A stretch of 62,815 nucleotides of DNA, counting the filler. It is 4 parts of 4 records of this genome, joined end to end, with 100 filler letters (N's around TTAATTAATTAA, not from the genome) between each part and the next. Parts side by side here need not be neighbours in the genome. Positions count along the whole stretch, not along the records: positions 1 to 22,820 come from DRR378314_1974; 3 more parts are not named here. The stretch is one strand, 5' to 3'. The notes under the pieces are model-generated. The model made no database searches and had not been told where the DNA came from. It was given only the letters and a program-made list of their open reading frames with translations. Shown one piece after another: positions 1 to 10,023 of this stretch (the stretch's first letter is position 1; each line of letters begins with the position of its first letter). Both the position numbers and the translations under genes were made by a program.

Positions 1-190
1 GGGCTCTTACCCCACCGTTTCACCCTTACCTTGAATGGTTTCGGTTGCCCGACCTGTTCAGTGGCGGTCTGTTTTCTGTGGCGCTGTCCGTCGGGTTACC
101 CCGCCCGGGCGTTACCCGGCACCGTTGCTTTTTGGAGTCCGGACTTTCCTCGACAACATTGCTGTCACCGCGATCATCCAGCCTTCCGCG
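1..190 (-). ncRNA. rnpB: RNase P RNA, bacterial class A (5' portion; truncated by window start)
   Basis: Minus strand reads ...GAGGAAAGTCCGGACTCC...GGGTAACGCCCGGGCGGGGTAACCCGACGGACAGCGCCACAGAAAACAGACCGCC...GGTAAGGGTGAAACGGTGGGGTAAGAGCCC, the conserved RNase P signature segments; 5' end approximate. Confidence 0.95.
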
Positions 191-277
191 TGTGGGGCGG
201 GCGTAGCGCGTGAACATATCTGTCGTCAATGCAGCAAATGGCGCGCTACAGTATATAAGGCCAAAAAGAGGAGAGGC

Positions 278-934
278 TCAGTTCGAGGGCAGTGTGTAAT
301 CCGCAAGCGTCAAGGGGCCCCGCCGCCAAGGTGCTGTACGCAGGCGGGTGGTGGCAAGCAAGGTCTCAAACGGGGTATCTTGCGGATAACCCGCCGCATG
401 GGCGCAGGCCGTGAAGCTGTGTTCATCAATGGTTTCAGGGCTCTGTGCCGATGGCCTCGCCGCAAACCCTTGGCGCGCCAGACGCGCCCAGTCGAAATGC
501 GGCCCCGGATCGATCTTGCGGCCCGGTGCCATATCCGAATGGCCGATTACGCCATTGGCGGGGATGTTCCAGCGCGCCATGATGCCGGCCAGCAGTGTTT
601 CCAATGCAGCCATTTGCGGCTCTGGAAAGGGATGGGTGCCGCTGTTGTCCAGTTCGATGCCAATCGAGCGTGAATTTATGTCATCCTGCCCGTGCCATGC
701 CCCCGCTCCCGCGTGCCAGGCGCGTTTATCTTCAGACACCATTTGGGTGACCCCACCGGTGACCGAAATCAGGTAATGCGCCGAAACTTCGGCATCCGGG
801 TCACAAAGCCGCGCAATCGCGGCCTCTGCATTCTGCATCGCGGTATAATGCAGCACCACCAGCGCCGGAGTCAGCCCATCGCGGCGCGCCCCGCAATTTG
901 GCGAGGGGTGCGAGGCAATCTCAAGCGGTGCCAA
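278..934 (-). CDS. N-acetylmuramoyl-L-alanine amidase (Amidase_2, AmpD/AmiD-like)
   Basis: VVLHYT, VSAHYLI, RAWHAG, NSRSIGIELDN and GHSDMAPGRKIDPG zinc-amidase motifs. Confidence 0.9.
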   Translation of the reverse strand: MAPLEIASHPSPNCGARRDGLTPALVVLHYTAMQNAEAAIARLCDPDAEVSAHYLISVTGGVTQMVSEDKRAWHAGAGAWHGQDDINSRSIGIELDNSGTHPFPEPQMAALETLLAGIMARWNIPANGVIGHSDMAPGRKIDPGPHFDWARLARQGFAARPSAQSPETIDEHSFTACAHAAGYPQDTPFETLLATTRLRTAPWRRGPLTLADYTLPSN

Positions 935-937
935 GCC

Positions 938-1663
938 CTAGCCCTGCTGCGCTGCCCGCCGGTAAGGCGCGGGATCCCAACGACAGGCATAACCGTCACC
1001 ATCAGGATCCATGCCTTTGCGGTCTTTTTCAGGGCCACCGCGGGTCAGAAACTCCAGCTGGGCCTCGTCTGCGGTGGCGAATTCGGCGCAGGCCCGTTCG
1101 AATTTCGCCTGTTTGTTGAACCCAGACCGGCGATAGCGTGCCGTGCCACGCGGATGCGAGGTTTGCAGCGCATAGGCCACCACATTGGGCCCCGACCCTT
1201 CCCGGCTGGGTAAAGCTTCGGGTTGGATCACCTGATATTGTGATCGGTTGGCGGCAAGGCGGGCCGCATCCGCATCAATACTGCGCTGACCTGCTACCGC
1301 GTCGAAGTTGTTCTCATTCGAGATGCCTGCCGAATTCAACACCGGGGGCGGATTGGACGGGCTGGCCTGCAGCGGGGCTGCCCCAGAGTTGCTGACCGCA
1401 CCACCGCCCGGACGTGTGGCATCAAGGATGCGTGTGGTTTCCGCCGCCGTCGCCTCGGCAGAGCCGCTGGCAGGCGCTGCCCCCAGTGGTGCTGCCGATA
1501 CAGAAGCCGGGGCCGGCACGCCGCTCAACGCGGCATCGCGCCGGGCACGTTCGTTGTTGAACTGATTGTCAAAGCCGACACCGCGCCCGGATTCAGGGAT
1601 GGTTGGCTGACAGGCGGCCAGCACTGCGCCAGTGGCGAGAACAAGGAAACTACGTGCAATCAT
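938..1663 (-). CDS. lipoprotein with C-terminal Excalibur-like Ca-binding motif
   Basis: Signal peptide with lipobox LAAC, Pro/Ala-rich linker, C-terminal C...MDPDGDGYAC. Confidence 0.7.
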   Translation of the reverse strand: MIARSFLVLATGAVLAACQPTIPESGRGVGFDNQFNNERARRDAALSGVPAPASVSAAPLGAAPASGSAEATAAETTRILDATRPGGGAVSNSGAAPLQASPSNPPPVLNSAGISNENNFDAVAGQRSIDADAARLAANRSQYQVIQPEALPSREGSGPNVVAYALQTSHPRGTARYRRSGFNKQAKFERACAEFATADEAQLEFLTRGGPEKDRKGMDPDGDGYACRWDPAPYRRAAQQG

Positions 1664-1704
1664 GGGTCCTGCTTTGTCTTTTTGACGGTTTTATTGCAGC
1701 GGGT

Positions 1705-3192
1705 TTACCACCATTTCTCTGGCTTGGCTACAAAACCTGCCGCCCGTTCCAGCGCATAGGCGGAGGACAGCAAATCGGCCTCTTCCCATGGCCGCCCAAT
1801 CAGTTGCAATGCCAGCGGCAGGCCTTGACGGTCGGTCCCCGTGGGCACCGCAATACCCGGCAGACCCGCAAGGTTCACGGTCACGGTAAACACATCGTTC
1901 AAATACATCTGCACCGGATCTGCATCCGCCATTTCCCCCAGACCAAAGGCGGCAGAGGGTGTGGCAGGTGTCAGGATGCTGTCGATGCCCTGAGCAAAGA
2001 CGTTTTCAAAGTCGCGCTTGATCAGGGTGCGCACCTTGCGGGCACGGTTGTAATAGGCGTCATAGAAACCTGCCGACAGCACATAGGTGCCAACCATCAC
2101 GCGGCGCTGCACCTCGGGGCCAAACCCTTCGGCGCGGGTTTTCTCATACATCTCGGTGATGCCGTCACCCTGATCCAGCGTCGCGCGGTGGCCATAGCGC
2201 ACACCGTCATAGCGCGCGAGGTTGCTGGAGGCCTCGGCGGGCGCAATCACATAATAAGCCGGCAGCGCGTATTTGGTATGCGGCAGGGAAATGTCGACGA
2301 TCTCGGCCCCTGCATCTTTCATCATGGCGATGCCGTCTTGCCAAAGCGCCTCGATCTCCTCGGGCATGCCTTCCATCCGGTATTCCTTGGGGATACCGAT
2401 CTTCTTGCCACGCACATCCCCTGTCAGGGCCGCTTCGAAATTCGGCACGGGCAGATCAGCCGAGGTCGAATCCTTGGCGTCATAGCTGCACATGGCTTCC
2501 AGCATGATCGCCGCATCACGCACGTTTTTGGTCATCGGGCCGGCCTGATCCAGCGACGAGGCAAAGGCCACAACACCCCAGCGCGAGCATCGGCCATAGG
2601 TAGGCTTGATCCCGGTAATGCCCGTAAAGGCCGCAGGCTGGCGGATGGATCCACCGGTATCTGTACCGGTCGCCGCAAGGCACAGGTCCGCCGCCACTGC
2701 CGCCGCTGACCCACCGGACGAACCACCCGGCGTCAGAGCCGCATCATCATTGCCGCGCCGCCAAGGGTTCACCGCATTGCCATAAACAGATGTTTCATTG
2801 GACGACCCCATGGCGAATTCATCCATGTTCAGCTTGCCCAGCATCACCGCACCTGCGTCAAACAGATTCTGGCTGACGGTGGATTCATATTCCGGCAGAA
2901 AACCTTGCAAAATACGCGAACCGGCCTGCGACGGCACACCTTTGGTACAGAACAAATCCTTCATACCAATCGGCAGACCACACATGGCGGGGGCGTCCCC
3001 CTCTTTCAACCGTGCATCGGCCTTGGCTGCCTGCTCCAGTGCTATCTCTGGCGTGTGGTGGACAAAAGCGTTCAACGCCCCTGCCCCGTCAATGGCTTTC
3101 AGGCAGGCTTCGGTCAGCTCTTTGGATGTTGTGTCACCGGCACGCAGCGCGTCGCGGGCTTCGGCAAGGCCCAGTTTGTTCAGATCACTCAT
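1705..3192 (-). CDS. gatA: Asp-tRNA(Asn)/Glu-tRNA(Gln) amidotransferase subunit A
   Basis: Amidase signature [39 protein letters not shown]; coupled to gatC. Confidence 0.98.
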   Translation of the reverse strand: MSDLNKLGLAEARDALRAGDTTSKELTEACLKAIDGAGALNAFVHHTPEIALEQAAKADARLKEGDAPAMCGLPIGMKDLFCTKGVPSQAGSRILQGFLPEYESTVSQNLFDAGAVMLGKLNMDEFAMGSSNETSVYGNAVNPWRRGNDDAALTPGGSSGGSAAAVAADLCLAATGTDTGGSIRQPAAFTGITGIKPTYGRCSRWGVVAFASSLDQAGPMTKNVRDAAIMLEAMCSYDAKDSTSADLPVPNFEAALTGDVRGKKIGIPKEYRMEGMPEEIEALWQDGIAMMKDAGAEIVDISLPHTKYALPAYYVIAPAEASSNLARYDGVRYGHRATLDQGDGITEMYEKTRAEGFGPEVQRRVMVGTYVLSAGFYDAYYNRARKVRTLIKRDFENVFAQGIDSILTPATPSAAFGLGEMADADPVQMYLNDVFTVTVNLAGLPGIAVPTGTDRQGLPLALQLIGRPWEEADLLSSAYALERAAGFVAKPEKWW

Positions 3193-3479
3193 TATTCAAC
3201 TACCTTCGGTACAGCAAAGAAACCTTCACGCGCATCGGGCGCATTCTTCAGGATCTTCTCCTGTTGATCCCCGTCCGTCACCTCATCCACGCGGCGTTTC
3301 AACCGCTGCGGGGTCACAGATGTCATCGGCTCAACACCTTCCACATCCACTTCGCTCAGCTGCTCAATGAACCCCAAAATCCCGTTGAATTCCTGCGCCA
3401 AAGCCGGAAGCGCATCCGGCTCTACCTTGATCCGGGCCAGTTTTGCCACACGCGCGGCGGTGTTTTCATCAATGGACAT
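3192..3479 (-). CDS. gatC: Asp-tRNA(Asn)/Glu-tRNA(Gln) amidotransferase subunit C
   Basis: 95 aa, VAKLARI...NAP...FFAVPKVVE; stop overlaps gatA start. Confidence 0.97.
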   Translation of the reverse strand: MSIDENTAARVAKLARIKVEPDALPALAQEFNGILGFIEQLSEVDVEGVEPMTSVTPQRLKRRVDEVTDGDQQEKILKNAPDAREGFFAVPKVVE

Positions 3480-3602
3480 GGGGGTTCCCTTGCAGCGTTC
3501 TCATTTTCCTTGCCAATACCGCCCCAAGCGCCCCCTCGCAAGGGGAGGCTGGTGCTTGAAAGCAAAGACGTTAAGATCAGGCCAAATCTTAGGGAGGTTC
3601 AC

Positions 3603-4298
3603 ATGAATATCATCTGGCTTGGCCACGGCTCGTTCCGCTTTGAAATTGAGGATCAGGTGGTTCTGGTCGATCCGTGGCTCAACGGCAACCCGATGATGAC
3701 AGAGGAACAACATACCGCAGCCATCACCGGGGCCACGCATATTCTGGTGACCCACGCGCATTTCGACCATATTGCGGATGTCATCGCGATTTCCAAACAA
3801 ACCGGCGCACCGGTATCGGGGATGTATGAACTGGCGCAATTCCTTGCTGCAAAGGGCGCTGTCGAAGGACAGGCGTTCAACATGGGCGGCACCATTGCGA
3901 TTGGCGACAAAGTATCGGCCAGCATGGTGCCCGCCTCGCATTCTTCATCTGCGGATGTCGCGAACTCCCGACGCTATATGGGCAATGAGAGCGGTTTTAT
4001 CCTGCGCGGTGAAGGGCATACGGTCTATATCTCGGGCGATACCGGCATCATGGCCGATATGGACTGGATCGGGGATTTCTACAAACCCGACATCGGCATC
4101 CTGTCTGCGGGCGGGCACTTCACAATGGGCATGGCCGAGGCCGCCTATGCCGCGAAACGCTATTTCAACCTCAAAACGGTGATCCCCTGCCACTACCGCA
4201 CCATGCCGGTGCTGGAACAATCTGCAAAGGTTCTGGCTGATGGGCTGCCCGGTGTCGATGTCGTAGAACCGGAGGTGTTGCAGGCAATCGAGGTTTAA
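3603..4298 (+). CDS. metal-dependent hydrolase, metallo-beta-lactamase fold (UPF0173-like)
   Basis: MNIIWLGHGSF, VDPWL, THAHFDH, SGDT, IPCHY; GGAGG RBS before ATG 3603 (ORF-track start 3012 is too long). Confidence 0.9.
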   Translation: MNIIWLGHGSFRFEIEDQVVLVDPWLNGNPMMTEEQHTAAITGATHILVTHAHFDHIADVIAISKQTGAPVSGMYELAQFLAAKGAVEGQAFNMGGTIAIGDKVSASMVPASHSSSADVANSRRYMGNESGFILRGEGHTVYISGDTGIMADMDWIGDFYKPDIGILSAGGHFTMGMAEAAYAAKRYFNLKTVIPCHYRTMPVLEQSAKVLADGLPGVDVVEPEVLQAIEV

Positions 4299-4750
4299 CC
4301 GCCTCTTTTTCCCACAAAAAACGCCTTTAGCATCGCCTCGGAGGCGGCAGCATCTATCCCGTCATAGACCTCGGGCGCGTGATGGCATTGGGCATGGGCA
4401 AACACCCGTGCCCCCTGCGCCACGCCGCCGGATTTGGGATCACCCGCCCCGTAATACAGCCGGGCAACCCGTGATGCCGCAATCGCTGCCGCACACATCG
4501 CGCAGGGTTCCAGCGTTACATAGAGGTCATGCCCGATCAGCCGTTCCGACCCAAGGGCCGCACAGGCCGCGCGGATTGCCAGCACTTCGGCATGGGCGGT
4601 CGGATCATGCAGTTCGCGGGTCCGGTTGCCCGCCTGCGCGACCACATCGCCCGCCGCATTGACCACAACGGCACCCACCGGCACCTCGCCGCGCGCACCC
4701 GCCGCCTCTGCTTCGCGCAGGGCCACATCCATGAAAGATCGAAATACCAT
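4295..4750 (-). CDS. tadA: tRNA-specific adenosine deaminase
   Basis: GEVPVGAV, DPTAHAE, TLEPCAMC deaminase motifs. Confidence 0.9.
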   Translation of the reverse strand: MVFRSFMDVALREAEAAGARGEVPVGAVVVNAAGDVVAQAGNRTRELHDPTAHAEVLAIRAACAALGSERLIGHDLYVTLEPCAMCAAAIAASRVARLYYGAGDPKSGGVAQGARVFAHAQCHHAPEVYDGIDAAASEAMLKAFFVGKRGG

Positions 4751-4811
4751 GCCCCAAAGGAGCGCAAACCACGCCCTTTCGCAAGCCCGTCAAAGGCGCT
4801 AAGGCAGGCAT

Positions 4812-5639
4812 ATGAATAACACACCCAAGACCGACACGCCCAAAGGCGACCGTATCGCCAAGGTTCTGGCCCGCGCAGGCGTTGCCTCGCGCCGTGAAGC
4901 CGAACGTATGATCGAGGCTGGCCGCGTCAGCGTGAATGGCGAACAGATCACCTCGCCCGCGCTGAACGTGACCGATACAGATCGGATCAGCGTCGATGGC
5001 AAACCTCTGGCCGAACCGGAACCGCCGCGCATGTGGCTTTACCACAAGCCTACGGGCCTTGTGACCACCACCCGCGACGAAAAAGGGCGCGGCACAATCT
5101 ATGATGATCTGCCCGCTGATATGCCACGGGTGATGAGCGTCGGACGGCTTGACCTCAACTCCGAAGGCTTGCTGTTGCTCACCAATGACGGCGGCATCAA
5201 ACGCCAGTTGGAACTGCCCAGCACCGGCTGGCTGCGCCGTTACCGCGTGCGGGTGAATGGCCGCCCTTCCGAGGAGGCACTGGAACCCCTGCGCAAGGGA
5301 ATCACCATTGAGGGCGAGCGGTTTTTGCCCATGAGCGTGACACTGGACCGTCAGCAAGGGGCCAACGCATGGCTGACAATCGGCCTGCGCGAAGGCAAGA
5401 ACCGCGAGATCCGCCGCGCGATGGAGGCGATCAACCTTTCCGTGAACCGCCTGATCCGTATCAGCTATGGTCCATTTCAACTGGGCGAGTTGAAACAGGG
5501 CGAGGTTGAGGAACTGCGCCGCAAGGTCGTGCGCGACCAGCTTGGGCTGGCGTTAGAAGACAATACAGGCACAGCAGCGAAGAAGCCCAAAGCCGTGCAG
5601 CATGGCTCACGCAAGCGGCCCGGCAAACCACGCCGCTAG
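4812..5639 (+). CDS. rluB: S4-domain rRNA pseudouridine synthase (RluB/RsuA family)
   Basis: N-terminal S4 (LARAGVASRREAE), catalytic GRLDLNSEGLLLLTNDG, EGKNREIRR. Confidence 0.8.
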   Translation: MNNTPKTDTPKGDRIAKVLARAGVASRREAERMIEAGRVSVNGEQITSPALNVTDTDRISVDGKPLAEPEPPRMWLYHKPTGLVTTTRDEKGRGTIYDDLPADMPRVMSVGRLDLNSEGLLLLTNDGGIKRQLELPSTGWLRRYRVRVNGRPSEEALEPLRKGITIEGERFLPMSVTLDRQQGANAWLTIGLREGKNREIRRAMEAINLSVNRLIRISYGPFQLGELKQGEVEELRRKVVRDQLGLALEDNTGTAAKKPKAVQHGSRKRPGKPRR

Positions 5640-5797
5640 GGGCGCGATTTCCTGCGAAACAACGGCACGGGTTTTTCAAGAATCCCGCCGCACCGCTGTT
5701 CTTGCCCGAATTTTCCCCGTTACAGCCAATTCACATTGAAGGCAGAACCGCTTAGACCTTTAGAAAGATCTGGGCAAAAGCCACAAGCGGGGACCAT

Positions 5798-6616
5798 ATG
5801 ACCGACCTTCTCACACTCGAAAACCTTGGCAACCTCTTGGTGCTTTGCTTCCTGCAAGCGGTACTTGGCTTTGACAACCTGCTTTACATCTCGATCGAAA
5901 GCCAACGTGCCCCCGTTGCCCAACAGGCGGCTGTGCGCCGCTGGGGCATCATCATCGCCGTCGCCCTGCGCATTGTTCTGCTGTTTGTCATCATCCGCCT
6001 GCTCGACGCGATGTCTGAACCCTTCTTTGTCCTCAATTGGGAAGGCGTGCTCACCGGCGGCGTCAACTTTGCCACATTGGTATTCATCATCGGTGGTGTC
6101 TTCATCATGTATACGGCAGTTAAGGAAATCGGCCATATGCTGACGATTGAACATCTGGATACGGATGTAGAGGCAAAATCAGGCAAATCTGCCGCGCAGG
6201 TGGTGATGCTGATTGTAATGATGAACTTGATTTTCTCATTCGATTCAGTGCTTTCTGCCCTTGCCATCACCGATGTCTTTGTCGTTCTCGCCATTGCGAT
6301 CATCCTCTCGGGCATCGCCATGCTGGTGCTTGCCGACAGCGTCACCCGCTTTTTGGAAGCCAACCGCATGTATGAGGTCCTCGGCCTGTTCATCCTGCTA
6401 ATCGTCGGCATCGTCCTGCTTGGCGAAGCCGGACAAGCCGCCGCCCATGCCATGCATGATCCTGATCTGGCGCTGCGGTTCTTCGGCTATGAGGTGATCC
6501 CGATGTCCAAAACCACTTTCTACTTCTCTGTGGTGGTGCTGGTCGCGGTGGAGATCATTCAATCCGGCTACACCCGCAAGCTTAACGCGGAACGCCGCAC
6601 CGGGGCACGTCACTAG
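5798..6616 (+). CDS. TerC family integral membrane protein
   Basis: LQAVLGFDNL and MNLIFSFDSVLSA TerC motifs, multiple TM segments. Confidence 0.9.
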   Translation: MTDLLTLENLGNLLVLCFLQAVLGFDNLLYISIESQRAPVAQQAAVRRWGIIIAVALRIVLLFVIIRLLDAMSEPFFVLNWEGVLTGGVNFATLVFIIGGVFIMYTAVKEIGHMLTIEHLDTDVEAKSGKSAAQVVMLIVMMNLIFSFDSVLSALAITDVFVVLAIAIILSGIAMLVLADSVTRFLEANRMYEVLGLFILLIVGIVLLGEAGQAAAHAMHDPDLALRFFGYEVIPMSKTTFYFSVVVLVAVEIIQSGYTRKLNAERRTGARH

Positions 6617-6659
6617 CGCCCATTCACCGGAACGCCTAGATTAGCGTTAAAGAGGTAAC

Positions 6660-6890
6660 ATGGCCCGTTTGTTGTTAATATTGATCCTTGTCGCAGCCGG
6701 TGTTGCCTTTGCTGTCATATTACACGCACTCTGGACCCGTATCACTCAGGCGGGTAAACGCGGCATGAACCCTGCAAACGGGATAACCAAGGGACAAGAC
6801 ATGGCACCATCAGGCATCCAGAAAGCCGCCTATATTGCGTTGATCGTTGTGCTTTTCGGCACCGCCTCCGGCTGGCTCGGGGGGCTTTAA
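6660..6890 (+). CDS. small two-TM hypothetical protein
   Basis: GAGG RBS, two hydrophobic segments, stop 2 nt before next start. Confidence 0.65.
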   Translation: MARLLLILILVAAGVAFAVILHALWTRITQAGKRGMNPANGITKGQDMAPSGIQKAAYIALIVVLFGTASGWLGGL

Positions 6891-6892
6891 CC

Positions 6893-7777
6893 ATGGCGCA
6901 GCGGTATGGCGGCAAATACAGCCCTGATGGCGACAGCAGCACCCCGGCGAAACAACAGCGGCGCGTGCAGGTCAGCCCGGCAGGCGGGCGCAGCAACATC
7001 ATGTTCATCCCCGCGATTCCGCTGATCGCCACCACGCTGGGCGATGGGGCAATTCCGATGACCTTCGGCCTTGCCGGTGCGGGGATGTGGACGCTGTCCG
7101 CATGGCTGCTGCGCGAGGGGTTGATCGCTCAAGCCGCCTTTGACGAACGCAAGGTCGCCCGCCGCCCCGCTCTGCCGCGCAAAATTCTGGCCGCAGTCGG
7201 CATGGGTCTAGGCAGCGCGCTGGCCGTGATGGCGCATCAAAACACCGCTGACATCTTGTCGCCGCTGCTGTTTGGCATCTGCACCGGGGCGCTGCATCTG
7301 GCCGCTTTCGGTATTGATCCTCTGAAATCCAAAGGCATGGAAGGCATCGACACCTTCCAGCAAGACCGCGTTGCCCGTGTGGTGGACGAGGCTGAAAAAC
7401 ACCTCAGCGCCATGACAGATGCCCTGACTCGCGCTGGCGACCGTCAGGCCAGCGCCAAACTGGCAGATTTTCAGGACGCCGCCCGCACCCTGATCCGCAC
7501 AGTTGAGGAAGATCCGCGTGACCTGACCGCCGCCCGCAAGTTTCTTGGCGTCTACCTGCAAGGCGCGCGCGATGCCTCGATCAAATTTGCAGACATCTAC
7601 AGCCGGACACAGGATCCAGAGGCGCGCGCCGATTACATCGCGCTGCTGGAGGATCTGGAACAGAATTTCGCCGCCCGCACCCAAAAATCCCTGCTGGATG
7701 ACCGCAGTGATCTGACCATTGAAATCGACGTGCTGCGCGAGCGGCTTTCCCGCGAAGGGGTGCGTCTTGACCCATGA
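6893..7777 (+). CDS. XpaC-like (5-bromo-4-chloroindolyl phosphate hydrolysis family) membrane protein
   Basis: N-terminal TMs then helical domain VEEDPRDLTAARKFLGVYL...DLTIEIDVLRERL; directly upstream of telA as typical for the family. Confidence 0.8.
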   Translation: MAQRYGGKYSPDGDSSTPAKQQRRVQVSPAGGRSNIMFIPAIPLIATTLGDGAIPMTFGLAGAGMWTLSAWLLREGLIAQAAFDERKVARRPALPRKILAAVGMGLGSALAVMAHQNTADILSPLLFGICTGALHLAAFGIDPLKSKGMEGIDTFQQDRVARVVDEAEKHLSAMTDALTRAGDRQASAKLADFQDAARTLIRTVEEDPRDLTAARKFLGVYLQGARDASIKFADIYSRTQDPEARADYIALLEDLEQNFAARTQKSLLDDRSDLTIEIDVLRERLSREGVRLDP

Positions 7778-7814
7778 TGCAGCTCTCATCCAACACTTTA
7801 AGGAAGTGAATTAA

Positions 7815-9011
7815 ATGTCTGACACAGTACGTGAAAAAGCCACTCAATCTTTGGCGATGGTCGAAGAGGTAACCGCCGTCGTCCTGCCCGAACCCACAGA
7901 GGCAAATGCAATTGTCCCGCTGGAGAAAGCCGACAAACCCATGGGTGACGAGATCAAACGCCGCATGGCCGAGATCGATATGGACGACACCCAATCCATC
8001 GTTTCCTTCGGCTCTGCCGCGCAGGCCGAATTGCAGGAAATCAGCCAGTCGATGCTGGCGGATGTGCGCAACAAGGATGTCGGCCCCGCCGGTGATTCCC
8101 TGCGCAGCATCGTCACCACCATTCGCGGATTTTCCGTGTCGGAACTGGACGTGCGCCGCGACCGCAGCTGGTGGGAAAAATTACTGGGCCGCGCCGCGCC
8201 TTTTGCAAAATTCACCGCCAAGTTTGAAGAAGTGCAAAGTCAGATCGACCGCATCACCGACAATCTGCTGAGCCATGAACACACGCTGCTGAAAGACATT
8301 AAATCGCTGGATGTCCTCTATGAAAAAACGTTGCAGTTCTATGATGAGCTGGCGCTTTACATCTCAGCGGGCGAGGCCAAGCTGGCCGAACTGGACGCCA
8401 CTACCATTCCCGCCAAGGAAAAAGAGGTTGAGGCTGCCGCAGAGAATGACGCCGTGATGGTGGCACAGGAGTTGCGCGACATCCGCGCTGCCCGTGACGA
8501 CCTGGAACGCCGTGTGCATGATCTGAAACTGACCCGTCAGGTGACCATGCAATCCCTGCCCTCGATCCGTTTGGTGCAGGAAAACGACAAATCACTGGTC
8601 ACCAAAATCAATTCGACCCTCGTGAACACCGTCCCCTTGTGGGAAACCCAGCTGGCACAGGCGGTGACCATCCAGCGTTCCGCCGAAGCGGCCGTTGCTG
8701 TGCGTGAAGCCAATGACCTGACCAATGAATTGCTGACCTCAAACGCCAAGAACCTGCGTGACAGCAACAAGATCATCCGTCAGGAAATGGAACGTGGCGT
8801 CTTTGACATTGAGGCCGTGAAACAGGCCAATGCCGACCTGATCGGCACCATCGAGGAATCGCTGCAAATCGCTGATGAAGGCAAGGCCAAACGTGCCGCT
8901 GCCGAAGTGGAGCTGAAGGAAATGGAAGCCAAGCTGCGCGATACACTGGCCGCCGCCAAAGCGAAAAAGACCGGCTTGGGCGATACCGCTGCCGGTTCTG
9001 TCACGGGCTGA
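7815..9011 (+). CDS. telA: toxic anion resistance protein (TelA/KlaB/YaaN family)
   Basis: Long coiled-coil; SFGSAAQ, LERRVHDLKL, PSIRLVQEND..LVTKINST..NTVPLW. Confidence 0.9.
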   Translation: MSDTVREKATQSLAMVEEVTAVVLPEPTEANAIVPLEKADKPMGDEIKRRMAEIDMDDTQSIVSFGSAAQAELQEISQSMLADVRNKDVGPAGDSLRSIVTTIRGFSVSELDVRRDRSWWEKLLGRAAPFAKFTAKFEEVQSQIDRITDNLLSHEHTLLKDIKSLDVLYEKTLQFYDELALYISAGEAKLAELDATTIPAKEKEVEAAAENDAVMVAQELRDIRAARDDLERRVHDLKLTRQVTMQSLPSIRLVQENDKSLVTKINSTLVNTVPLWETQLAQAVTIQRSAEAAVAVREANDLTNELLTSNAKNLRDSNKIIRQEMERGVFDIEAVKQANADLIGTIEESLQIADEGKAKRAAAEVELKEMEAKLRDTLAAAKAKKTGLGDTAAGSVTG

Positions 9012-9039
9012 CCGAAAGATGTCGGGGCGGGTTCACAAG

Positions 9040-9975
9040 ATGATCAGACCTTTTAGCGTTTTGGCTTTTGCCGCCGCCCTTACCTCTTGTACGGTCGAAC
9101 CTGTTGTGACGCCCGTTGCAAAACCCAAGGCGCGGCCCGTTGTTGCGGCCCCGCCCCCGGTTGTCGCCAAACCCACCTCGCAGAAAAGCGCGATGTTGCG
9201 GCAATATTTCAATCAGGTGGAACGGGCGCAGCGCAGTCAGGGCCTGCTGCGCGAGGATGGCGGTGGCGAAGACACGCCGTTTACTGCGGATATGCTGGCA
9301 CGCAACTTTGAACAGATCGCCTTTTTCAACGAATACGACGGGAATTTCTCCGGTCGTGGCGGGGCCAGCCCGCTGCGCCGCTGGGCCGACCCTGTGCGCA
9401 TGCAGCTGATCTTTGGCGATGGGGTTCCCCCCTCGCAGCGCAAAAAGGATCAGGATGCCGTCAACAGCTATGCCCGCCGACTGGCCCGGGTCACAGGTCA
9501 TCCGGTCTCGACAAATGGCGCGCCCAATTTCATCGTGATCATTGCCTCCGAAGACGACCGCGCAGAAACGCTGGAACAGGCAGCAGCGCGTGTGCCGGGC
9601 ATCTCCACATCTTCGCTGGTCGCCTTTCGTAACATGCGCCGCGACACTTATTGCGCCGTTGCCGCCTTTGCCGCCGGTCCCGACCGCAGCACCTATACCG
9701 GGGCTGTCGCGGTGATCCGCGCCGAAAACCCGGATCTCTTGCGGCTGTCCTGCATCCACGAGGAACTGGCCCAGGGGCTGGGGCTGGCCAATGACAGCCC
9801 CGCCGCGCGGCCCTCTATCTTTAACGATGACGATGAATTTGCGCTGCTGACCAACCATGATGAGCTGCTGCTCAAAATGCTCTATGATCCCCGCCTGCGC
9901 CCCGGCATGCACGCCAAGGACGCCGCGCCTCTGACCCGCATCATCGCACGTGAACTGACCGGTGGACCGCTGTAA
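9040..9975 (+). CDS. DUF2927-family lipoprotein
   Basis: Lipobox LTSC; CIHEELAQGLGLANDS...PSIFNDDDEF...LYDPRLRPGM. Confidence 0.8.
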   Translation: MIRPFSVLAFAAALTSCTVEPVVTPVAKPKARPVVAAPPPVVAKPTSQKSAMLRQYFNQVERAQRSQGLLREDGGGEDTPFTADMLARNFEQIAFFNEYDGNFSGRGGASPLRRWADPVRMQLIFGDGVPPSQRKKDQDAVNSYARRLARVTGHPVSTNGAPNFIVIIASEDDRAETLEQAAARVPGISTSSLVAFRNMRRDTYCAVAAFAAGPDRSTYTGAVAVIRAENPDLLRLSCIHEELAQGLGLANDSPAARPSIFNDDDEFALLTNHDELLLKMLYDPRLRPGMHAKDAAPLTRIIARELTGGPL

Positions 9976-10023
9976 CCACACCGGACGTTCTCCGCCAAGA
10001 AACTGACGTAAAGGACTTAAAAC

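Noticed and set aside
26-229. Short ORFs at the window start
   Set aside because: They overlap the RNase P RNA gene and show no protein motifs
3012-3602. N-terminal extension of the 428-aa ORF
   Set aside because: It is antisense to gatC/gatA; the hydrolase starts at 3603 after GGAGG
7798-7814. TTAA...TTAA before telA as a CtrA box
   Set aside because: The spacer is 9 nt, not 7, and the region is the RBS
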